Positions 52,936 through 62,202 of a stretch of DNA of 64,000 nucleotides are shown here, one piece after another; positions within the stretch are counted from its first letter, which is position 1; every line of letters begins with the position of its first letter. This DNA is from an uncultured Chthonomonadaceae bacterium (GTDB lineage: Bacteria > Armatimonadota > Chthonomonadetes > Chthonomonadales > Chthonomonadaceae). The position numbers and the translations under genes were made by a program. Location: contig CAWIEK010000051.1 of NCBI GenBank assembly GCA_963835065.1, positions 1-64,000 of the forward strand, in the 5' to 3' direction. The notes under the pieces were generated by a model, which saw only the letters and a list, made by a program, of their open reading frames with translations, ran no database searches and was not told where the DNA came from.

Positions 52936-52968
52936 GAAAACTTTGCGTCGTAGCGCGAAAACTTTGCG
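52936..52968. promoter_or_regulatory. Direct-repeat operator candidate
   Basis: GAAAACTTTGCG x2 with a 21-bp period in a divergent intergenic region. Confidence 0.55.
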
Positions 52969-53184
52969 GCACAGGCGGGCGACATGCGTAACCGTCAGAC
53001 GGCGCAAAGGCTATTTTCCGCCTCACCGCAAAGACAGATTTTGCACTACCTCTGAACGCCTAATTCTAATCCCACCAAACACTACATACAGTGGTACGGC
53101 ACAGTCGCAGGCCCTCCTAAAGCGGTCATGGGTCTGTGCTATAATGGAGGTGTCAGAAGCAGGCAGGTTTGAGGAGGCGCGAAC

Positions 53185-53286
53185 ATGAAGAAACCCGCAC
53201 AGATTGCAGACGCGCAGGCGCAGCGCGTGGAACAGATTGCGGCTGTGCAGGGCGCTGCGGAAAGCACGCGGAGACTGACACAATGA
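53185..53286 (+). CDS. 33-aa leader ORF, truncated paralogue of 61702-62193
   Basis: TGnTATAAT at 53137-53145, GAGGAGG RBS; 16 of the first 27 residues identical to ORF 61702; stop overlaps next ATG (ATGA). Confidence 0.65.
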   Translation: MKKPAQIADAQAQRVEQIAAVQGAAESTRRLTQ

Positions 53287-54290
53287 ACCGAAAAGGGGTC
53301 AACTACGATATTGGCGTATACCTTGGCGACTGGGCTTCGCGCCCGGTTTTCGATCTCACCTTGATACGCCGCGAACTTGAAATTATCCAGAACGACCTGC
53401 GCTGCAACGCCGTCCGCATCTCCGGGCGGGAAATCGAACGGCTGGCGCAGGCCGCGCAAATCGCGCTGGAGTTGGGGTTGGAAGTCTGGCTCTCGCCACT
53501 GCTCTACGACAAAAGCGCGGATGAAACGCTGGCTTACATTCTGGAGTGCGCCGAACAAGCCGAAGCGTTACGCCGACAAGCGCCGCATCTTGTCTTTATT
53601 CTCGGTGGCGAATTGACGCTTTTCATGCAGGGGCTGCTTCCGGGCGGCAGCTTCATGGAGCGAATTGCCGCCCCGACGCTCTTTGAAAGCCTCCATTCCG
53701 GGCGGCACAACGAACCGCTCAATGCCTTCCTGACCAAAGCGAACGCGGCTGTTCGGCAGGTTTTTCACGGCGAAGTGAGTTACGCCGCTGTAACCTTTGA
53801 AGAAGTGGACTGGACACCCTTCGACTACATCTGTCTGGACCACTACCGCATGGCGCATGACCGAGACACTTACGGCGCGCAGCTTCGGCGCTATGGGGTT
53901 TACAACAAGCCGCTCATCATCGCGGAAGTCGGCTGCTGCACGTATCAGGGAGCCGAGAACGCGGGCGCGATGGGTTGGGCCATCATGGAAAACTCCGAAC
54001 ACGCGCCGCCGCGACTTAACGGCGATTACATCCGTGACGAAGGATTGCAGGCGCGCGAACTGACCGACCTGCTGACGATACTCGATGGCGAGGGCGTAGA
54101 AGGCGCGTTTGTCTTTACCTTTGTCTCGCCCACCCTTGTTCATCTCGATCTCCCCCGCATGGACTTTGATATGGCGAGCTACAGTCTGGTCAAGAGCTAC
54201 GTGGATCAGTGGGGCGTGACGTACCCGGACATGGCGTGGGAGCCGAAAGAGTCTTTTCGGGCGGTGTCCCGCTACTTCGGGAAGGGCTAA
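53283..54290 (+). CDS. TIM-barrel glycoside-hydrolase-like hypothetical protein
   Basis: KGVNYD.G, CNAVRISG, LEVWLSP, GGELTLF, IAEVGCCTY, FVFTF, WEPKESF. Confidence 0.7.
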   Translation: MNRKGVNYDIGVYLGDWASRPVFDLTLIRRELEIIQNDLRCNAVRISGREIERLAQAAQIALELGLEVWLSPLLYDKSADETLAYILECAEQAEALRRQAPHLVFILGGELTLFMQGLLPGGSFMERIAAPTLFESLHSGRHNEPLNAFLTKANAAVRQVFHGEVSYAAVTFEEVDWTPFDYICLDHYRMAHDRDTYGAQLRRYGVYNKPLIIAEVGCCTYQGAENAGAMGWAIMENSEHAPPRLNGDYIRDEGLQARELTDLLTILDGEGVEGAFVFTFVSPTLVHLDLPRMDFDMASYSLVKSYVDQWGVTYPDMAWEPKESFRAVSRYFGKG

Positions 54291-54311
54291 CTTTCCCAAC
54301 TCCCATTCCCG

Positions 54312-54340
54312 TTGACAGGAATTTCGTTCTTTGCTATACT
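54312..54340 (+). promoter_or_regulatory. Consensus-like sigma70 promoter
   Basis: TTGACA-N17-TATACT with TGn extension, upstream of GAGGAGG RBS. Confidence 0.75.
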
Positions 54341-54364
54341 GAACTCAATAGAGAGGAGGACGGG

Positions 54365-54556
54365 ATGGAAAAAGTCGCGGCTATTTTTCACTCTTTTGAA
54401 GAAGCGGAACAGGCTGAAAAGGCCTATTACCAGCGCTTATCGCCGCTCGAACGTCTCGCTATCATGCTGGAACTCAATCGCCGCTGGCTGGAAGGGAATT
54501 ATGCTGACACTGCCCCCGGCTTCCAGAGAGTTTATCGAATTGTTAAACTCAAATAG
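54365..54556 (+). CDS. Small protein, putative antitoxin partner of a nucleotidyltransferase
   Basis: SFEEAE..YYQRLSPLERL; strong RBS; overlaps downstream NTase ORF by 56 nt. Confidence 0.7.
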   Translation: MEKVAAIFHSFEEAEQAEKAYYQRLSPLERLAIMLELNRRWLEGNYADTAPGFQRVYRIVKLK

Positions 54557-54662
54557 CGTACGCTATCTCATTGTGGGTGGTTATGCTGTTGCCTATCACG
54601 GCTATCCACGCTTCACAGGCGATATTGACCTCTTTCTTGATCGGAAATCGGGTGCATGTTAG
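54501..54662 (+). pseudogene. Truncated nucleotidyltransferase (DUF6036-like)
   Basis: VRYLIVGGYAVAYHGYPRFTGDID motif, then stop after 53 aa. Confidence 0.75.
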
Positions 54663-54685
54663 AAGCGCGTACAAAAAGAACTGAC

Positions 54686-55147
54686 ATGGATACTAAAATT
54701 GATGTGCCTGAGCCTCTGGCTTCTATCATGTACGCCTGTGAAGTGAACTGTATCGCAGGGTGTTGCGGCCTGGATGCTTTTGACATACATCCCCAGTGGA
54801 TACGCGCCTGGATGGAAAGCCATGACCCGGCGCTTTTGGCTGTTGCGCGGCAACAATTGGATGAACTGATTGAATACTTGTCCGAAGTGGAGGGAAACTA
54901 CTATTCGCCATTGCTGAATGTTGATGGAAGTAATACCGGTTGGATTTCTTTGCTCGCCCAATGGAAAGTAGCCATTGAACAAGCCCCGGCTGCGCCGTTA
55001 CCTCAACCTCCAAAGCAGAAACCACCTGCTACAGCGTTCACGAGCTGGATGACAGAAAAGTTACTCCTGTTGAGCTGTGGAGCGTTGGGGGCTGCGCTGA
55101 TAGTAGCGATCATTGCTCTTATTTACTGGCTGCTTGGACGCTGGTAA
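54686..55147 (+). CDS. Cys-motif hypothetical protein (DUF6331-like) with C-terminal TM helix
   Basis: CEVNCIAGCCGLDAFD; hydrophobic C-terminus. Confidence 0.62.
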   Translation: MDTKIDVPEPLASIMYACEVNCIAGCCGLDAFDIHPQWIRAWMESHDPALLAVARQQLDELIEYLSEVEGNYYSPLLNVDGSNTGWISLLAQWKVAIEQAPAAPLPQPPKQKPPATAFTSWMTEKLLLLSCGALGAALIVAIIALIYWLLGRW

Positions 55148-55228
55148 TCAAGAGCAGTTCGTAGACAAGCTCTTTTCGGGCGGTGTCCAACTATTTTGGG
55201 AACGTACCATTGACATCAGGATTACTTT

Positions 55229-55840
55229 ATGACGAACTCCAAGCCACAGACAAAGCACAAATACTCTGTTATCAAGCTCAAAGACGCGATGCAGTTGCTG
55301 GGACGCGAAACGCTTACGCTCTGGCAGCCGAACGCGGTTCCGCGCCCGCCGAGCGATATTCTGCTGGCGAATTTACAGCGTCTCAACTCATTCGATTTGA
55401 GGTCTACCGAGCAGGCGAAGACCCTGCTAATTGATGCGCTGTTTGCCGAGGTCGTCCCGCACCATCCCAACTTGAAGGTGTGGAAAGCGGCTGCGCTGGA
55501 CACGGACACGTTGACGGGCGTGGCGGATTACCTGATTGCGCCCTTTCGCGCCTATCTGGAAACGCCTTTGTTGTGCGCTGTGGAAGCCAAGCGGGATGAT
55601 TTCGAGCGCAGACAGGCGCAGTGCCTCGCGGAAATGTACGCCTGCGCGTGGAACAATCGGCAGGCGGGCCATGACGTGGATGTGTACGGCATTGTCAGTA
55701 ATGGGCAGGTGTGGCTATTCTACAAATGGGAACGGGGGAGTGACGTGTACGAAACCGAACAGGTCGCCATCAGTGATATGCCGCATCTGCTCGGCCTGCT
55801 GGATTATGTCTGCGGCGAGTGCGCCCGCCTCGTTCCATAA
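55229..55840 (+). CDS. PD-(D/E)xK-like hypothetical protein (related to 48569-49191)
   Basis: LTGVADYLI, VEAKRDD, QCLAEMYA, YGIVSNG..W.F. Confidence 0.75.
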   Translation: MTNSKPQTKHKYSVIKLKDAMQLLGRETLTLWQPNAVPRPPSDILLANLQRLNSFDLRSTEQAKTLLIDALFAEVVPHHPNLKVWKAAALDTDTLTGVADYLIAPFRAYLETPLLCAVEAKRDDFERRQAQCLAEMYACAWNNRQAGHDVDVYGIVSNGQVWLFYKWERGSDVYETEQVAISDMPHLLGLLDYVCGECARLVP

Positions 55841-56061
55841 GCAACATCGACCAATCAGACAGAAAGAAGCATGGGGCGGAAGAAGGATTACATTCTGATG
55901 TTGAGGGGCTTGCCTGAACTGCTCTTATTGCGCAGAACTGCTATCTATCTTTGAAAGGCACTGACATGCCGCCGTACTCTAATGACGAAGTTGAACTTGA
56001 TTATATTCTTGATTGCTTCAAAGCCGCAATAAAATGTCTATTGTTACATGACGTTTACCTC

Positions 56062-56223
56062 TTAAAGCGGGGGCAAGCGGGTAACGTCTTTGCACTTGCA
56101 ACGCGGGCATATTACGCCGTCAGGCCAGCGCATATTCTTTACAAGTTCAAGGCAGATTGTCGGATCGCTGAAATAACGAACCGCTTCCATGAGGCTTTCG
56201 AGTAAAGTGTTTGTGGTTTCCAT
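56062..56223 (-). pseudogene. IS1595-family transposase N-terminal fragment (not in ORF track)
   Basis: Manual translation METTNTLLESLMEAVRYFSDPTICLELVKNMRWPDGVICPRCKCKDVTRLPPL*; RWPDG..CP.C is the IS1595 Zn-ribbon start. Confidence 0.78.
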
Positions 56224-56368
56224 GAGAGTTTTTGACCGTCCTGAACAAGAACAAGTTGCCTGATACTCTTGTTACTACAACCGGACGGGCAAAACAGCAA
56301 GACTTTTGCTTAGTCAAGTATCTTTTTTGTGGGCAGGTATATAATTGAGGAAAACTCTCTGAAACTAA

Positions 56369-57332
56369 GAATCTATCTCAAAACGAAAGTGGCTCTGCAA
56401 CGGGCAAGCTGACCTCTTGCTTTAATACGTGCAACTTGCGGAACCACAGGAGGGCACAGGCGAGTTTGCAGGTTGCCAGGTAGTTGCTGGGCTTTTTGTC
56501 CCACCGGATGAGGATGCCGCGCCAACGCGACAGCCAAGCAAACGTGCGCTCCACCACCCAACGCCGCGCCGGATGCATTTTCTCGCCCGCTTCATCTTTC
56601 TTTTCTTCGCCAATGCGGCGAATGTGGGGCGTATAGCCTGCTTTCTTAGCGGCTTCTTCCCCACGCGGATTGTCATAGCCTTTGTCCAGGCACAGGTTTT
56701 GAGGTTCTTCGGGCGTGGGCTGCGGACGGTACACCACCACCGCGCTGATCGTGGCCGCGAGCAGATGCGCGTCATTGGTGTTGGCGCTGCTGATACAAAT
56801 GCCCGTCGGCCCGCCGTCGCCTTCCACTAAAAGGCTCTTTTTGACGCCTTGCTTCCCACGATCCGTGGGATTGGGACCGACACAGGCGTCGTCTTGTGCC
56901 CCTTTTTAGGCACACCGCGCGCTTTGCTCAGGCAGGCATCGGCAGATTGCCAGTCCCACTCTACGCCGCCCAAGAAGTCGCAATTGCGCAGAAGGACCGC
57001 CCACAACTTGCCGAACAAGTCCAGCTTCTCCCACCGCTGCAAGGTGCGGTGGATGCTGGCATTGTCGCCAAACTCCTTGGGGAGTTGGTTCCATTGGCAG
57101 CCGGTACGCGCTCGGTAGATAATGCCGTTGAGAGCAAGACGGGCATCAATGCGCTTGCGTCCGCGTTTGCAAGGGGGATCGTACTGGTTGATCAACGCCT
57201 GAATGTGTTCCCATAACTCGTCGGGAACACGCCAGATCGTCGGTAAAGAGGGTGTCTGCGCCATAAGTCACTCCAAAAAAGTAGTCGTAACTTTATCATC
57301 GGCAGGCCACTCGCTTATTTTGAGATAGATTC
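56369..57332 (-). mobile_element. IS5-family insertion sequence (964 bp)
   Basis: TIR GAATCTATCTCAAAA/TTTTGAGATAGATTC, TAA target duplication, two-ORF transposase. Confidence 0.92.
56378..57264 (-). CDS. IS5-family transposase (two ORFs, likely programmed -1 frameshift)
   Basis: TGCQW..LP, DKGYD, RWVVERTFAW; AAAAAGGGG slippery site at the junction. Confidence 0.9.
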
Positions 57333-57380
57333 TAAGGTTGACAGAAGAACAGTAATAATCCAACACGAAGGAGAGACGCA

Positions 57381-57692
57381 ATGGATGAAAAAGCCGAAAC
57401 CCCTATTCAAAATTGCGACAATCTGGTTAAGAACAGATGTCCCAAGAAATGGATAAATCTGCAACGTACTGAGTATGAGGATGTTGGTTTTTGCACCTCT
57501 TGCCAGAAGAAGGTGTTTTTCTGTTATACATTAGAGCAGACTTATCGGCATAGAGGGGATTGCATTGTTGTGATGAAGGGTGCACGAAATTACAGCAAAA
57601 TGCACCCGGTAATGAAGTGGCTGCTCAGAGACAACCCAATTGCGAGAACATACCGACTTTGGCGGGCACTCGTAAACGGGAAAATAGGATAA
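57381..57692 (+). CDS. Small Cys-rich hypothetical protein
   Basis: AAGGAG RBS; CPKKW...FCTSCQKKVFFC. Confidence 0.65.
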   Translation: MDEKAETPIQNCDNLVKNRCPKKWINLQRTEYEDVGFCTSCQKKVFFCYTLEQTYRHRGDCIVVMKGARNYSKMHPVMKWLLRDNPIARTYRLWRALVNGKIG

Positions 57693-57866
57693 GGATTTAG
57701 TAAGAATTCTTATCCTATGTCTGCCTACTTGGTCTGCTTAGTCAACTATATAAGTACCAAAAGTTACTCTTGTTGAGATGTGGAGCGTTGGGGGTTGCGC
57801 CGATAGTAGCGGTTATTGCTATTATTTACTGGTTGCTTGGGCGTTGGTAATGTGGAGGGAAATTTC

Positions 57867-58070
57867 ATGATAAACACAGTTTGGGCCGTTGTTCACGACG
57901 GACGCATCGAACTGCTGGATAAAATAACCGCGCCGGAAGGCACACGGGTTCTGGTCACGCTGCTTTTGGAGGATGAAGCCGATTTCTGGCTGAACGCGAG
58001 TTCCAGTTCGCTGAACGAAGTATGGGACAACCCGGAGGATGACCGATATGCCGAGTTACTCGAAGCCTGA
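57867..58070 (+). CDS. Putative antitoxin
   Basis: GGAGG RBS; AVVHDGRIEL..PEGTRVLVT, acidic tail WDNPEDDRY; overlaps mazF. Confidence 0.78.
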   Translation: MINTVWAVVHDGRIELLDKITAPEGTRVLVTLLLEDEADFWLNASSSSLNEVWDNPEDDRYAELLEA

Positions 58071-58380
58071 AGTGGTACTGGTACGTTATCCCTTTTCGGA
58101 TTTAACGGGCGCGAAGGTCAGACCGGCGGTTGTGGTCAGCGCAAGCCACATATCACAGGACTTGCTTATCGTGCCTCTCACAAGTAAAACCGGTGGGCTG
58201 CTGGCAGGTGAGTTTGTGCTGACAGAGTGGAGTAAGGTCGGGCTGAACATTGAAACAGCCGTCAAGCGCGGTATCTACACCGTCAAAGAAACGCTGGTGA
58301 GTAAGCGCGTCGGTAAACTGGAAGACGCCGACGCAAAGCGGCTCGAACAATCGTTGCGCGCTTGGCTAAGTCTGCCGTAG
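58048..58380 (+). CDS. mazF: PemK/MazF family toxin
   Basis: VVLVRYPFSD...KVRPAVVVS, IVPLTS, VGKL. Confidence 0.9.
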   Translation: MPSYSKPEVVLVRYPFSDLTGAKVRPAVVVSASHISQDLLIVPLTSKTGGLLAGEFVLTEWSKVGLNIETAVKRGIYTVKETLVSKRVGKLEDADAKRLEQSLRAWLSLP

Positions 58381-59667
58381 TGGTTTCGCGTATGAATGGC
58401 AATGTAGAACCAATCTGCCGCTGACATACCCCCGATAATTTGGTTCTCCGCTGCTTTTGGTGAATGGGAAGCAGGTCTTATGAACGCTCTTTCATGCCGC
58501 CTCTTTTAAGCGGCTTGCACCCTCGGCAGCACCCGCGCCCGCAGCAGGTCGAAGTTCGCGCGTCCGTACATGGAACGCTTCACCAGTTTGAGGCGGTTCA
58601 CTTGCCCTTCGGTCTGTCCATTGCTCCATTGCAGCGACAAAGCGGCTTCCACCGCTGCCAAGTCCTGCTTGAGACTGGCAGCAAAACGGGCCAGAACGGT
58701 GCTGCCGCTGGCTGTAGCGGCTTGCATCCAGGCAGGCAGCGCCTTTTTGTTGCGCTTACGTACCATGCCTAGGAACTGCTGCGCCAGATCATAGGCGCTT
58801 TGCAAGGCGGGACATTGCTGCCACAGAGCCGTGAGAAACGCTTGCGGCTTGGCGTCCAAGTCTTGCGTTCGGCACAGGAACCAGGTAGCAACTTGCCGCG
58901 TGGCGGGTACTTTGGGCGTAGGGACTTTCTCCTGCGCCTGACGCAAACAGGTAACATAGCGGCAGACCCACGAGGCGACGCCGGTATAGCCCTGCTCTTT
59001 GAGTTCTCGCGCTAACTGGCAGGCATTGCGGCAGCCTTCCTGCCAGCGCCGGTGCAGGTACGGCTTAAACGGATCGAGCGAAGTCGGCACAGGCGAACGC
59101 GGGGCGCGCTCCGGGAACGTCCCTGCCCGTATATAATGCGCAACAGTGGCACGAGCCAGAGGAAGTTGCCGCGCGATCTTGCGCAACCCAACGCCTTGTT
59201 GGTGCAGTTGCACCACCTGTTCATAACGTTCCAAGCGTTTGCGACGTCGCTCCTGGCTCTCTTCCTCCGCCATCTTGCCCTTGGTAGGCGGCCAAGCAAC
59301 TGCGATAGGTTCTTGCAAGGCAGGCGCGGCTTGCTTCAACGCGGCCCGGTTCTGGTCGAGAACGCGCTCCAGGGTTTCAGACAGGTTCTTGAGCAAGTGC
59401 CAGCGATCCGCCACCTGAACGGCGTTGGGAGCGCCTTGCCTGGCTCCTTCGGCATACGCGCCTGCTCGGTCCCGGCTGAGTATCTCCACGCCGGGATGGG
59501 CTTGCAGCCAGATTGCCAGGCTCTGTGAAGTGGCATCGGGCAGCAGGTCCACGACACGATGCTGCTCCAGGTCCACCAGAATGGTTCCATAGCGCCGCCC
59601 TTTGCGGAACGCCCAATCGTCTACACCTAACACGCGCACGGGGGCAGCACCCCTTGCGGCACGGCTA

Positions 59668-61098
59668 GTGGGTCAGTTGTCACGCTGAGTAACAAATACA
59701 AGCGGGCTATTCCTTGCTCTGCCAACGCCTGCGAACGGGACGGTGGGTAAAGGCGCGGCTACCGCCCAGCTTATGACGCTCCCGAAAACGCTGTCGCCGC
59801 TGCCAGCGTTTGCCATGCCACTCAAAGGGCGTCGGATCGGCATTCCAGCCGCGTACCGTAGCGGCCAACCATTCCATGATCTGCGCGGCGCTGTGCGGAT
59901 GCTGACCACACAGAGCGCGGCGTACCAGAATGCGCTGAATGGCTTCGGCCATGTTCAGCCACGAACCGCCCAGAGGCGTATATAAAAGAAGGATGCCTCG
60001 CTGCACACACCAGTCCACCATTTCCGGTGTATAGTGGCCGGCCAGATTGTCCCAGATCAAGATCAAGCGCACGAGCGGTCCCAGGCCATCGGCAAAAGCC
60101 GCGGGAGGAAAGCCCCAATCTACCCAATGCCGTCCCCAACCGCTTTGGGCTTCGGGAGAGAGTTCCGGCAGCGCGTCCAGGATCGCCGTCAACTCCTGCT
60201 TGAGCCAGGGATGCAGGATCGCATTGGTCGCTTGCTCGACAGGCAAGGCGCGTACCTGTCCACTGTGGGGATGAAACAGCGTCAGCAGCTTGGCGGTTCC
60301 CTGCCGAATGTACTCATGCGGCTGGCAAGCGGGCTGTCCTTCGGGTTGCCAACTGGCTCCGGGTTGCGGAATGGCTTGGTAGGGTCCGGCTTCGTCCTGG
60401 TTCCACACAGGAATGCCCGCGGCTTCGGCTAAAGTGTACGCCTGCTCGATCAGCCCCTTTTTACGTCGGCATGGGGATCCTGCACGGTTACAACACCGTC
60501 TTTGCGTTTGCGTTGCACGGTTCCCGTGTGACACCAGGTACGGCTTTGTTGCCAGGAATAGCCTGCCTGATGCAGCGTTTGCAGAATGACATAGGTACTC
60601 ACCTTCGGCAGACCATCCGGGGCACGACGCAGAGCGCGCTGCAAGGTCGTCAACGACCAGATTGCGGTCTGATCCTGTTCCCGGTCAGGCGGGCGAGCAA
60701 ACTCTTGAAGGATGCGGGCTTGCTCCTGCGCGCCATAGGCTACGGAAGGACCCCCGCCATGATGTCCGGCGACAGCGGGCATGCCTTCCTGGTTGAAGCG
60801 TCGTACCAGACGGGCAACCGCTTGACGCGAGGTGCGTCCCGCCTGATGAGCCGCCTGTCCAAAAGTCTGGCCCTCGGCGACGGCCAGAAGTTCCTTGGCG
60901 CGGGCGATGCGATCTGCCGGAGCGCTACGCGAACGCGCCAGAGCCGAGAGTTCGTAGCGCTCGGCTTGAGTTAAGGTGCGTAAAGGTTCTTTAGGTGGAC
61001 GTGCCATACTCCTTCTCCTGCGGGAGCCAAGGTGCTCCACGCAACAGAAGCGACGAGGCACATACCGGATTTGTTCCTGTGCGTGACAACTGACCCAC
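59668..61098 (-). mobile_element. IS630-family insertion sequence (1431 bp)
   Basis: 18-bp perfect TIR GTGGGTCAGTTGTCACGC; TA duplicated within CTAG. Confidence 0.92.
59707..61007 (-). CDS. IS630 transposase (two ORFs, likely programmed frameshift)
   Basis: HTH ORF A; QDEAG, WDNL..H, SWLNMAE in ORF B; AAAAAGGGG at the junction; AGGAG RBS. Confidence 0.88.
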
Positions 61099-61701
61099 TA
61101 GTGGCCTGACGAATATGGCGCAGAAGCGTGTTCGGACTGACGAGCAACCCTAAACTCACGGCCAACCGCGCTCCGGCTTCGCCGCCCAGAGCGTAGCCGA
61201 GCAGGTACAAGGCGTGGTGCAAGCGGTTTGTCTTACGCGCATAGCGAACCGCGAGATCAGGGAGCGGCTCGGTAAAGATGCGGCGTGAGCATCCTGGCTC
61301 GTCGCAAAAGAACTTGCGTGCCTGCACGTTGATTTGCACGGCAATGTGGTTCCAGGGCATATCGGCGAGAGTACGTGAGTAGCGGCTATGCACTCGTACC
61401 GAAGTGTGTTGGCACACAGGGCACAGAGCCGAAGTCGCCACCACAGCCAGGTCAACCAGGATTTTGTTGGCACAGTTTGTAACTTGAAGAACCCGCAGGC
61501 CGTCGCCTGTGGGCAGCAAAGTAGGAGTAGACATACTACTTTTTACTGGCTGCCATCTAGTCACAGTTCCGCTTCACCAAAAGCAGCGGTGAACCAAATT
61601 ATCGGGGGTAGATCAAACCTTGTTAATCTCTTCACAGGCGTTTGCCCCCTATTATCTTATCAATGGAAGGGGCAGAACAGGAAGATTGATGAGGCGCGAA
61701 C

Positions 61702-62193
61702 ATGGGGAAACTGGTGCAAATTGCGGACGTGCAGGCGCAGCATCTAGAACAGCTTGCGGCTGCGAAGGGCACAACGGAAAGCCCGTTGGTGGAACAGGCA
61801 TTGGAACTGCTGTTTGGGCAAAGCGGCAGGGATGAGGCTCTGCGCACAGACAAAGAAGCGTTACAGCAGTTGGAAGCGGAAGGTGTCTTGCCATCCCCGC
61901 ATCAGATCACGCCTCCCCTCAACCCCGATGAGTACCAGATGACACATGCCGTTCGTATTACGTCGGAAATGACCCGCGACTGCGCTTCTACCATACGCCG
62001 TCTGCCGGTTGACATGCCAGAGGATGAACCCGCTCAATTGTCTTTAACTCCCCGCACACCGGGACTGAGTCAAGGCGAAGTGTGGATAGCCCCGGATTTC
62101 GATGCTTCTATGCCCGACGAATGGCTTGAAGAGTTTTACAATGGAGAACTCTTTTCATGCAAAGTCGGTGTTCAAGTCGCTTTGCAAGCATGA
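61702..62193 (+). CDS. Chimeric antitoxin-like protein (RHH-like N-terminus, DUF2281-associated C-terminal motif)
   Basis: LEQLAA..GTTES.LVEQAL; RTPGL..GEVWIAPDFD..PDEWLEEF. Confidence 0.55.
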   Translation: MGKLVQIADVQAQHLEQLAAAKGTTESPLVEQALELLFGQSGRDEALRTDKEALQQLEAEGVLPSPHQITPPLNPDEYQMTHAVRITSEMTRDCASTIRRLPVDMPEDEPAQLSLTPRTPGLSQGEVWIAPDFDASMPDEWLEEFYNGELFSCKVGVQVALQA

Positions 62194-62202
62194 GTGAACG
62201 GG

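Larger units (their letters stand above)
55056..57851. repeat. 93-bp diverged direct repeat (55056-55148 and 57759-57851)
   Basis: 83 of 93 positions identical by manual alignment; it is the 3' end of gene 54686-55147. Confidence 0.85.
58506..61534 (-). pseudogene. ISL3 transposase split by IS630 (halves rejoin in frame, ~531 aa)
   Basis: CPVC..HSRY.R.LAD in the 5' half; GVDDWA, DR..AY, DRWHL, SNG.TEG.VN.LK..KR.MYGR in the 3' half. Confidence 0.9.
58427..61610 (-). mobile_element. ISL3-family element interrupted by IS630
   Basis: 38-bp IRs with 1 mismatch (58427-58464, 61573-61610); no direct target duplication seen. Confidence 0.9.

Noticed and set aside
53283..54290. Abortive-infection function sometimes attached to this family
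   Set aside because: Only a recollection of database labels; the sequence shows a GH-like TIM barrel and no evidence for defence
53100..58400. Integron cassette array
   Set aside because: Small co-oriented genes and TA modules, but no integrase and no repeated attC-like RYYYAAC...GTTRRRY hairpins were found
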